Below are positions 36,754 through 43,977 of a stretch of 64,000 nt of DNA, one piece after another. The DNA lies in contig OZ242034.1 in the NCBI GenBank assembly GCA_965205105.1, positions 1,649,613 to 1,713,612 on the forward strand, written 5' to 3'. Position numbers and translations under genes: made by a program. The notes under the pieces are model-generated. The model was not told where the DNA came from, searched no databases, and saw only the letters and a list, made by a program, of their open reading frames with translations. The DNA is from Dehalococcoidia bacterium. Its GTDB lineage: Bacteria; Chloroflexota; Dehalococcoidia; Bin125. Every line of letters starts with the position of its first letter. Positions within the stretch are counted from its first letter, which is position 1.

Positions 36754-37962
36754 CTAGCGAAGCGGGGCGATATCGCCCGCCTCAAAGGCGATGATCACGT
36801 CCAACAGACCATGCGGCTCCCAGGCCCGATAGCGGCGCGACTGGCCAAGCGGCGCCAGGACGCCCGCATCCTCCAATTGCGCGAACGCCGCGTTGACCGC
36901 CGGCTGGCTGCGCCCGGTCGCCTCGACCGCGTCGCCCACCGTGATCGCGGGAAAGCCCGGCAGCTCGTCGATGACCGCCCAGGCGGCAGCGTCCGCCCGC
37001 GGATTCGAGGCTGCTGCAAGGCGATCGCGCCAAAACTGGAGCAGGTCGCGGATGAGCTCGCCGTAGTGCAGCGCCAGCTGCGCCGCCTGTGCGGTCGCCG
37101 CGGCGAAACTCCGGATCCAGTCGACGACGCGACCGTCGCGAAATCCCACCAGCCCATCGATGTAACGCTCGCGCTGCTGGGACAGGACCACGCTGATCGG
37201 CGGCACGAAGCGCGGCGCGAGCCCGCGGCGGCGCAGGATCAACTGCACCAGCGCGCGGCCGGTGCGTCCGTTGCCGTCGTCGAACGGGTGAATCGTCTCG
37301 AACTGCGCGTGGGCGATGGCCGCCTGCAGCATCGGCGAGACCAGCTCCGATTCGACGAACGCGCAGAGATTGTCCAGCAGCGGCGCCACCTCATCCGGGG
37401 GCGGCGGCACATAGGCCGCGCCGCACGGGTTGTAGTCGTTGCCGCCGATCCAGTTCTGGCCGTCGCGCAGCTGTCCCGCCAGGCGCGAGGCGGGAAATCG
37501 GTTCATCAGCGCCGCGTGCACCTGGCGCAGGTCATCGACGCTGAACCGTTCCGCTTCCGCCGCCTGGCGCACCGCCCGCTCCATGGCGTCGATGTTGGCG
37601 ATGATCTCGTTCGCCTGCTGTCCCACGCTGCGACCGGAGCGGCGGCGCGCCTCGGCCATCGCCAGCGCGCGAGCGTCGGCCTGCATCCCCTCGACTTTGG
37701 AGGAGGCGATCGACTCGGTGCGCAGCAGCAGACGGGAGAGCGACGCCAACGCCTGGTCAGCGGTTCGGTTCAATCCGGCGATGCGCGCCTCGACCTCGGA
37801 CAGGGTGGCGATCAGCTCGGCGGGCAGCGTCAACCCGCCCTCCACATCCGTGTCGAGCGGATCCGGGATGAAGGCGTCGTAGCTGCAGGCGCGCCGATAG
37901 CGCGGCGGCGCGTACAGCGATGGATCGTGCCTCCAGGTTCGATGGACGTATCGACCGGGCAC
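36754..37962 (-). CDS. Fic family protein (AMPylase-type), with internal inhibitory motif and C-terminal wHTH-like region
   Basis: 402 aa with a GTG start preceded by AAGGA. The Fic motif is HPFDDGNGRTGR. SSKVEG in the N-terminal part fits the [ST]xxxE[GN] inhibitory helix. Confidence 0.9.
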   Translation of the reverse strand: MPGRYVHRTWRHDPSLYAPPRYRRACSYDAFIPDPLDTDVEGGLTLPAELIATLSEVEARIAGLNRTADQALASLSRLLLRTESIASSKVEGMQADARALAMAEARRRSGRSVGQQANEIIANIDAMERAVRQAAEAERFSVDDLRQVHAALMNRFPASRLAGQLRDGQNWIGGNDYNPCGAAYVPPPPDEVAPLLDNLCAFVESELVSPMLQAAIAHAQFETIHPFDDGNGRTGRALVQLILRRRGLAPRFVPPISVVLSQQRERYIDGLVGFRDGRVVDWIRSFAAATAQAAQLALHYGELIRDLLQFWRDRLAAASNPRADAAAWAVIDELPGFPAITVGDAVEATGRSQPAVNAAFAQLEDAGVLAPLGQSRRYRAWEPHGLLDVIIAFEAGDIAPLR

Positions 37963-37969
37963 GGCAGTT

Positions 37970-38018
37970 CCTTATCCGAATCGACGCTCTTGGATAAGGG
38001 TAATGATTATCCTTATCC
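37970..38018 (-). promoter_or_regulatory. triple 8-nt inverted-repeat element in the Fic leader (candidate SD-sequestering switch or operator)
   Basis: The plus strand has CCTTATCC (37970..37977), then 14 nt, GGATAAGG (37992..37999), then 11 nt, CCTTATCC (38011..38018). The proximal copy contains the Fic Shine-Dalgarno sequence. Confidence 0.35.
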
Positions 38019-38142
38019 AAGAAGGATTGGTTCGATTGACTTCGGAAGACTTTGCAGACGAAACATGCTTGGCGATCTTGGCGAAACATCTGCGCTTGAA
38101 TAAGGATAGCCGCGATCCTGATACAAGCGCTCGCCCTGCATC

Positions 38143-38172
38143 GACATGCGCAGACATGCGCAGACATGCGCG
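38143..38172. repeat. 3 x 10-bp tandem repeat GACATGCGCA
   Basis: gacatgcgca gacatgcgca gacatgcgcg, read directly. It lies between the SDR stop codon (38190) and the Fic leader. Confidence 0.85.
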
Positions 38173-38189
38173 CCACTTGCAGGCGCCTC

Positions 38190-39008
38190 CTATAGGTGCT
38201 TCAACACCCCGCCGTCGACCTGGATCGCCTGACCCGTGACGTAGCCGCTCGCTGCCGACGCCAGATAGACCGCCAGCGGCGCGGCCTCCCACGCTTCGCC
38301 GAAGCGGCGCATGGGAATGAAGCGCAGCAGCAGGTTCTCATCCACGCTCGACGGCCCGCGGCCGGGCGCGACGTCCGTCCAGCCGACGACGATCGCATTG
38401 ACCGTGGTCCCGCTCGGCCCCAGCTCCTGGCTCAGCGCGCGAACCAGACCGATCACGCCCGACTGCGCCGCGCTGTAGAGGCTGAGGTTGGTCAGCCCGC
38501 GCACGGCCGACGCGTCGAGCACGGCGATCAGCCGGCCCGGCCGCCCGCGGAACTCGCGGCTGGCGCTGCGGAAGGCGGCGTAGGCGCCGCCCAGATTCGC
38601 CATCAGCACGCGCTGGATGTCGGCGTCCAGCGTCTTGCGCAGCGGCGCCGCGTGATAGAGTTGCGGGACAACCACCGCGATCTCGAGGCCGCCCAGCTCC
38701 TTGCTGATCTTGCGCGTCGCGACCTGGATGTTGGTGCCGTTGGCCAGGTCGACCGATTCGTTTGGGCCGCCCTGCGCCGCTTTCTTGAGACGGAACAGCG
38801 AGGTGCCGTCCGTGTTGGCGCTGGTCACGCCGACCACCGCCCCGGCCTCGCGCAGGACGTCGACGATCGCCGCGCCGACGGGCTTCTCCGCGCCGTAGAC
38901 GATCGCGCGCCGACCGGTCAGGTCGAAGCCGCGCAGCGCGCCGCCGCGCGCGTCGGGCGGCGGCAGCGGATTCTGCAGACCCGCGCGCTCACTCACCTGC
39001 TCGCTCAC
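38190..39008 (-). CDS. SDR family oxidoreductase (divergent)
   Basis: GTG at 39008 overlaps the upstream stop as GTGA. Contains VYGAEKPVGAAI and YSAAQSG. The track ORF extends upstream into the neighbouring gene. Confidence 0.75.
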   Translation of the reverse strand: MSEQVSERAGLQNPLPPPDARGGALRGFDLTGRRAIVYGAEKPVGAAIVDVLREAGAVVGVTSANTDGTSLFRLKKAAQGGPNESVDLANGTNIQVATRKISKELGGLEIAVVVPQLYHAAPLRKTLDADIQRVLMANLGGAYAAFRSASREFRGRPGRLIAVLDASAVRGLTNLSLYSAAQSGVIGLVRALSQELGPSGTTVNAIVVGWTDVAPGRGPSSVDENLLLRFIPMRRFGEAWEAAPLAVYLASAASGYVTGQAIQVDGGVLKHL

Positions 39009-39829
39009 GACGGCACGCCTCCGATCCCCGACTGCACGTCCCAGCCGGCCGGCGCCAGGCCGCCGGCGAGGCCGCCGCCATCGATCACCACCGCTTCCCC
39101 GGTCATGTAGGGCGAGGCGTCGGAGGCCAGATAGACCGCCAGCGGTCCCAGTTCCCACGCCTCGCCGATGCGGCCGACCGGAATCCGCGAGCCCTGGTTG
39201 CGGGCGCGCTCGATCTCGCCGGCGTCCTCCAGGGTGCGCTGCGCGACGAAGCCGGGCACGATGCAGTTGACCCGAATGCGCTCGCGCGCGAGCTGCGTCG
39301 CCAGCGCCTGCGTCAGGGTGATCACGCCCGCCTTGGCCGCGCCGTAGACGAACAGGCGCGCGTCCCCGCGCATCGCCGTCCCCGAGGCGACGGTGATGAT
39401 GTTGCCGGGCTTCGACTCGGCGCGAAAGTGCCGCGCCGCGGCGCGGGCGCAGTAGAAGGCGCTGGAAAAGTTCAGATCGACCGTATCGCGCCAGTCCGCG
39501 TCCGACACCTCGGTCACGTGCTTGCGCGACGCCGCGCCGCCACCGCCGGCGTTGGCGATCATCACCTCGAACCCGCCCCAGGCGTCAATCGTCTGCTGCG
39601 CCATGGCATCGACCTGCGCCGAGTCGCTCACGTCGGTCGGGATCACCAGGGCGCGCCGGCCCAGCGCTTCAATCTCTTCCGCCACAGCGGCGATCTGGGA
39701 TCGGGTGCGGGCAGCGCAAGCGATGTCCGCCCCGGCCTCGGCCAGGTGCAGCGCCATCTGCCGGCCCAGACCGCGACCGGCCCCGGTCACGATCACCCGC
39801 TTGCCGTCCATACGCAGCGACTCGAGCAT
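39005..39829 (-). CDS. SDR family oxidoreductase
   Basis: ATG at 39829 gives MLESLRMDGKRVIVTGAGRGLG. Also has NAGG and YGAAKAG (Y-x3-K). Confidence 0.85.
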   Translation of the reverse strand: MLESLRMDGKRVIVTGAGRGLGRQMALHLAEAGADIACAARTRSQIAAVAEEIEALGRRALVIPTDVSDSAQVDAMAQQTIDAWGGFEVMIANAGGGGAASRKHVTEVSDADWRDTVDLNFSSAFYCARAAARHFRAESKPGNIITVASGTAMRGDARLFVYGAAKAGVITLTQALATQLARERIRVNCIVPGFVAQRTLEDAGEIERARNQGSRIPVGRIGEAWELGPLAVYLASDASPYMTGEAVVIDGGGLAGGLAPAGWDVQSGIGGVPS

Positions 39830-39966
39830 GTCGGCAGTGTACGCGGCTCCCGCCGCGCTGCCGACGGCGGGAGCGCTAACATATTGCCCGAACGGATCCA
39901 CATCCACGAAACTGCGGCGCGCGCCGCAGCCGCGCAGAGCCAGGCAGAACGGAATGGAGCTGAACG

Positions 39967-40257
39967 ATGGCAATCGGTCTGACGGTGGAATTCACGATCG
40001 CGGAAGGCAAGAACGACGCCTTTGAGGCGTTCATGGCGGGCGCCACGGCCAAAGTCAAGGCCGAGGACGCGGGCTGCAACCACTACGACCTGTTCCGCTC
40101 GGTCGACGACGACACCCGCTACATCCTGTTCGAGAACTGGGCGACCGAGGAGGATCTCACCGCTCACGGCACATCCGAGGCGATGAAAGGCATGGCCGGC
40201 ATCCGCGAGTTCACCACCGCGCGGCCGGTGCTGCACCGCTACGAGGTTCCCGACTAG
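39967..40257 (+). CDS. antibiotic-biosynthesis-monooxygenase (ABM) family protein
   Basis: 96 aa. The pattern is ferredoxin-like (CNHYDLFRSVDDDTRYILFENWATEEDLTAH). Confidence 0.7.
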   Translation: MAIGLTVEFTIAEGKNDAFEAFMAGATAKVKAEDAGCNHYDLFRSVDDDTRYILFENWATEEDLTAHGTSEAMKGMAGIREFTTARPVLHRYEVPD

Positions 40258-40331
40258 CCGGACCCGAACTGAGCCGCTTAGACGCTCCCGCGCCGCCATC
40301 AGGCGCGCATAGCGACCGGAAAGGACGCGAC

Positions 40332-41975
40332 ATGGTTGACCAGATGGGTTCCGAGCTGCTGGCTCGACAGATGGTGCGGGAGGGCGTCGAGGATCTCTTC
40401 TACATCATGGGCGGACCGATCATCGAGGCGGCCGGCTTCGCCGCCGAGCACGGCATCCGCACGATCGACTGCCGCCACGAGCAGGGCGCGGCGATGGCGG
40501 CGCACGGCTACGCGCGCGTCAAGCGGCGGCCGGGCGTCTGTATGGCCGCCTCCGGGCCGGCTACGACCAACCTGCTGACCGGCGTCGCCAACGCCTATCT
40601 CGACGGCGTGCCGATGGTCGCCCTGGGCGGCGCGGCCGCGTTCTCGTCGTTCGAACGCGACGACTTCCAGGAGTACGACCAGCTCGCCATGGCCATGCCC
40701 GTCACCCGCTGGGCCAGCCGCGTCACGCATTCGGCGCGCATGCCCGAGTTCTTCAACCTCGCCTACCGCGAGGCGCAGGGGCCCAAGCCTGGGCCGACCT
40801 ACCTGGACCTGCCGGGCGACACGCTCTATCACCAGTCGGACGACGAGACGGTCTGGTTCCCAGGCACCGGCGCGGCCCGCTCGCGCCCCGGCGCCGACCC
40901 GGATCAGGTCAAGCAGGCGATCGAGCTGCTCGCGAACGCCGAGCGGCCGATCGTGCTCACCGGCACCGGCGTCTTCTGGTCGGACGCGTCCCGAGAGCTG
41001 CAGGAGTTCGTCGAGACGACCCAGATCCCGTTCTACACCACGCCGCAGGGGCGCGGCGTGATCCCCGAGGATCACGACCTCTGCTTCCTCGCCGCACGCT
41101 CCAAGGCCTTCCGCGAGGCGGATGTGGCGCTGGTCGTGGGCACGCGACTCAACTTCGTCGTCGGCTCCGGCCTGCCGCCGCGCTGGGCGCCCGACCTCAA
41201 GGTGATCCACGTCGACACCGACCCGACCGAGATCGGCCACAACAAGGAGGCGGCGGTCGGCATGGTCGCCGACGCCCGACGCGCCCTGGTCGCCCTGACC
41301 GCCGCCGCGCGCGAGGCCAACCTCGCGCCGCCGACCAACTGGATCGCCGACCTGCGCGAATCGGACGACAACCGCCGCCAGCAGTCGCTCGAACAGGCGC
41401 ACTCGTCGACCGTGCCGATCCACCCGCTGCGCCTGGCCGACGAGGTCGTGCAGCGGATGGATCGCGACGCCGTCGTCTGCGTCGACGGCAACGCGACGCT
41501 GGCCTTCGCGAGGCAGTACATCCCCTCCTACGCCGAGGGCGGCCGGCTCAATCCCGGCCCCAACGGCTGCATGGGCGTCGGCCTGCCGTTCGTGCTCGGC
41601 GCCAAGGCGGCGGCGCCCGAGCGGCAGGTGATCGGCTTCGTCGGCGACGGCTCGTTCCTGATGAACGTGCAGGAGATCGACACCATGGTGCGGCACAATC
41701 TGCCGGCCACGATCGTGATCTCCAACAACGCCGGCTGGACGGCCGGCTCCAACGACACGCCGGGCCGGCCGCTGGGCTACGGCCAGCGCTACGAGGACAT
41801 CGCCATCGCCCTGGGCGGTCACGGCGAGCACGTGACCAAACCGGACGACATTGGCCCCGCGATCGAGCGGGCGATGGCGTCGAGGCTGCCGGCCGTGGTC
41901 AACGTCGAGGTCGAGCAGCACGCGATGCCCGGCCAGGCCCGTTTCGGCGGCTACTCGGCGACGCTGAGCCGCTAA
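40332..41975 (+). CDS. thiamine-pyrophosphate-dependent enzyme (acetolactate synthase-like)
   Basis: 547 aa. The TPP motif is GDGSFLMNVQE...NN, and the N-terminus GVEDLFYIMGGPI and ASGPATTNL are typical. Confidence 0.9.
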   Translation: MVDQMGSELLARQMVREGVEDLFYIMGGPIIEAAGFAAEHGIRTIDCRHEQGAAMAAHGYARVKRRPGVCMAASGPATTNLLTGVANAYLDGVPMVALGGAAAFSSFERDDFQEYDQLAMAMPVTRWASRVTHSARMPEFFNLAYREAQGPKPGPTYLDLPGDTLYHQSDDETVWFPGTGAARSRPGADPDQVKQAIELLANAERPIVLTGTGVFWSDASRELQEFVETTQIPFYTTPQGRGVIPEDHDLCFLAARSKAFREADVALVVGTRLNFVVGSGLPPRWAPDLKVIHVDTDPTEIGHNKEAAVGMVADARRALVALTAAAREANLAPPTNWIADLRESDDNRRQQSLEQAHSSTVPIHPLRLADEVVQRMDRDAVVCVDGNATLAFARQYIPSYAEGGRLNPGPNGCMGVGLPFVLGAKAAAPERQVIGFVGDGSFLMNVQEIDTMVRHNLPATIVISNNAGWTAGSNDTPGRPLGYGQRYEDIAIALGGHGEHVTKPDDIGPAIERAMASRLPAVVNVEVEQHAMPGQARFGGYSATLSR

Positions 41976-42014
41976 GCCGCGGGCAGACAGCCGGACACAG
42001 AGTTGGAGCCGATC

Positions 42015-42842
42015 ATGGCCTCAGTGCCCGCCGAGCACGCCGACCTGGTTGGCGCGCCGCACTTCGCGCATCTGGTCACCGTCAACCCGGACGGGTCGCC
42101 GCAGACCTCGCCGATCTGGATTCGGCCCGAGCGCGTCTCCGCCGACGGCGCGGTCGAGTCGATCTTCTTCGTCACCGGGCTGGGCTACCGCAAGGCGCGC
42201 AACATGCAGCGCGAGCCGCGCGTGGCGCTGTCGATCCACGACGCCGCCGATCCCTATCGGACGCTGGAGCTCGTCGGCCGCGCGACGATGGCGGAGCGGC
42301 GCTCCTACGACGAGCTGGACGCGATCTCGAATCAGTACCTGGGCACGGACTATCCCTACAAGAGCGACGACCCCTCAGGCTGGCACGTGAGCGTCGAGAT
42401 CGAGCGGATCCATGCGCCCGGCGGCTTTCAGCCGCCGCCCGCGGTCGATCCGCCGGCGTCCGGTTCCGACCTGCTCAACCCGCCGCACTTCGCGCACGTG
42501 GCGACGGTTAGCGCCCAGGGCCAGCCCCGCTCCTCGGTGGTCTGGCATCGCCGCGCCGCCGACGGCGGCGAGCACGACATCGAGTTCTGGACATCGGGCG
42601 CAACGCTGAAAGCGCGGCACTTGCGCAACAACCCGGCGGTCGCGGTCAGCATCCACGATGAGGCCGACCCGTACCGCTACACGGAGTTGCGCGGAACAGC
42701 CGAGATCATCGAGGTCGACAACCACCAGCTGCTGGACGAGCTGACCCCGCGCTACTGGCGCGTCGATCGCTATCCGGCCGAGGGCGGCGAACCGATGCCG
42801 GGAGTCGTGATCCGCGTCCGCACCCGCAAGCGGATCGGCTGA
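42015..42842 (+). CDS. tandem PPOX-class (pyridoxamine-5'-phosphate-oxidase-like) probable F420-dependent protein
   Basis: There are two repeats of the PHFAHL/VATV...G.P..S..W module (PHFAHLVTVNPDGSPQTSPIW and PHFAHVATVSAQGQPRSSVVW). Confidence 0.8.
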   Translation: MASVPAEHADLVGAPHFAHLVTVNPDGSPQTSPIWIRPERVSADGAVESIFFVTGLGYRKARNMQREPRVALSIHDAADPYRTLELVGRATMAERRSYDELDAISNQYLGTDYPYKSDDPSGWHVSVEIERIHAPGGFQPPPAVDPPASGSDLLNPPHFAHVATVSAQGQPRSSVVWHRRAADGGEHDIEFWTSGATLKARHLRNNPAVAVSIHDEADPYRYTELRGTAEIIEVDNHQLLDELTPRYWRVDRYPAEGGEPMPGVVIRVRTRKRIG

Positions 42843-42869
42843 CGATCCGGACTGGTCAGGCCGGACTGC

Positions 42870-43331
42870 TCAGACCTGCGCGTCGATGGCGGCCTGCGCC
42901 TCTTCCGCGCCCACATCGCGCAGATGCTGATGGAACCACCAGACGCCGCCCTCCGGGTCGGCGACGCGATAGGTGCGATCGCCGAAGAACTGGTCTTCGG
43001 GCGCCTGCAGGATCGTCGCGCCCTCGGCGGCGGCGCGGGCGTGATGCGCATCGACATCGTCGACGTAGACCATCACGCTGGCGTGGCGATGCGGCAGCGA
43101 GCCCGGGCCGCCCAGGCCGCCTTCGGGATACGCCGACGCCAGCGTCAGCTCAGCGCCGTCGCTCAACAGCGACGCGTGGCCAATACCGCCGTCCGGCATC
43201 TCCAGTCGGAAGCGCTCGACGAATCCGAACGCGCGGCAGAGAAACTCGATCATCGCCGGCGCGTCGTCGTAGGACAGCGCCGGCACGATCCGCTGCCGCA
43301 GGCCGGGACTAAGGTCGGGTTCGCTGGTCAT
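42870..43331 (-). CDS. VOC (glyoxalase/bleomycin-resistance) family protein
   Basis: 153 aa. Contains VPALSYDDAPAMIEFLCRAFGF...DQFFGDRTYRVADPEGGVWWF. Confidence 0.8.
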   Translation of the reverse strand: MTSEPDLSPGLRQRIVPALSYDDAPAMIEFLCRAFGFVERFRLEMPDGGIGHASLLSDGAELTLASAYPEGGLGGPGSLPHRHASVMVYVDDVDAHHARAAAEGATILQAPEDQFFGDRTYRVADPEGGVWWFHQHLRDVGAEEAQAAIDAQV

Positions 43332-43355
43332 CTGTCTGCTCCCCCGCGCCCGCGG

Positions 43356-43817
43356 TCACTCGGGCGCGTCCATGTTCGCCATCGACGCCGCCATTTCTTC
43401 CGGCGACACATCGCGGATGTGCTGGTGGAAATCCCAGCCAACCCCTTCAGGATCCAACGCGCGGTAGGTGCGGTCGCCGTAGAACTGCTCGGTCGGCTCC
43501 TGGACGATCTGCGCCCCGGCGGCCGCTGCCTGCTCGTAGTGGGCGTCGAGGTCATCGACGTAGACCACGACCGAGGCGTGCACGCCGCCGAGCGAGCGCG
43601 GACTGCTGAGGCCGCCCTCGGCGAACTCGCCCGCCAGCATGATCAGCTCTCCATCGCGCAGCAGCTCGCAATGCATCACGCTGCCGTCCGGCCCTTCGAG
43701 CAGCAGTCCCTGCTCGAAGCCGAACGCCTCGCGGATGAACGCGATCGCCGCCTGCGGATCGGCGTAGTTGAGGTACGGCAGGATCCGCTGACTGCCCTGC
43801 GGCGGGTTCTGAACCAT
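43356..43817 (-). CDS. VOC family protein (paralogue of the preceding gene)
   Basis: ATG at 43817. Contains ILPYLNYADPQAAIAFIREAFGF...EQFYGDRTYRALDPEGVGWDF. Confidence 0.8.
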   Translation of the reverse strand: MVQNPPQGSQRILPYLNYADPQAAIAFIREAFGFEQGLLLEGPDGSVMHCELLRDGELIMLAGEFAEGGLSSPRSLGGVHASVVVYVDDLDAHYEQAAAAGAQIVQEPTEQFYGDRTYRALDPEGVGWDFHQHIRDVSPEEMAASMANMDAPE

Positions 43818-43977
43818 GATCGATCCCTTTCGCTTCGACCGCTTCACCGATGCCCGCGCCAACGGGCGCCGCACGGCCGGTGATCGTTGGCGCAATCATA
43901 TCGTATGTATGTTCGCCATTGCAACCGCTGTGATCGAACGGTCGCTTCCATCTTGCCGCGCCGCGTCCTGCTCGGAC

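Noticed and set aside
38003-38239. 78-codon plus-strand ORF starting in the Fic leader (possible small divergent partner or antitoxin gene)
   Set aside because: More than half of it runs antisense through the 3' end of the SDR gene with Arg/Pro-rich composition. It has no RBS or recognisable fold. It is kept only as a note under the Fic finding.
40299-41921. 540-aa minus-strand ORF
   Set aside because: It is antisense to the TPP-dependent enzyme, which has a clear GDG...NN TPP motif. Its translation is Arg/Gly/Val-rich and motif-less. The same reasoning applies to 60264..62084 (antisense to the Clp ATPase), 35960..36757, 36811..38103, 54355..55233, 52092..53249, 5116..6915, 9158..10654, 13879..15294, 15489..16835 and similar track entries.
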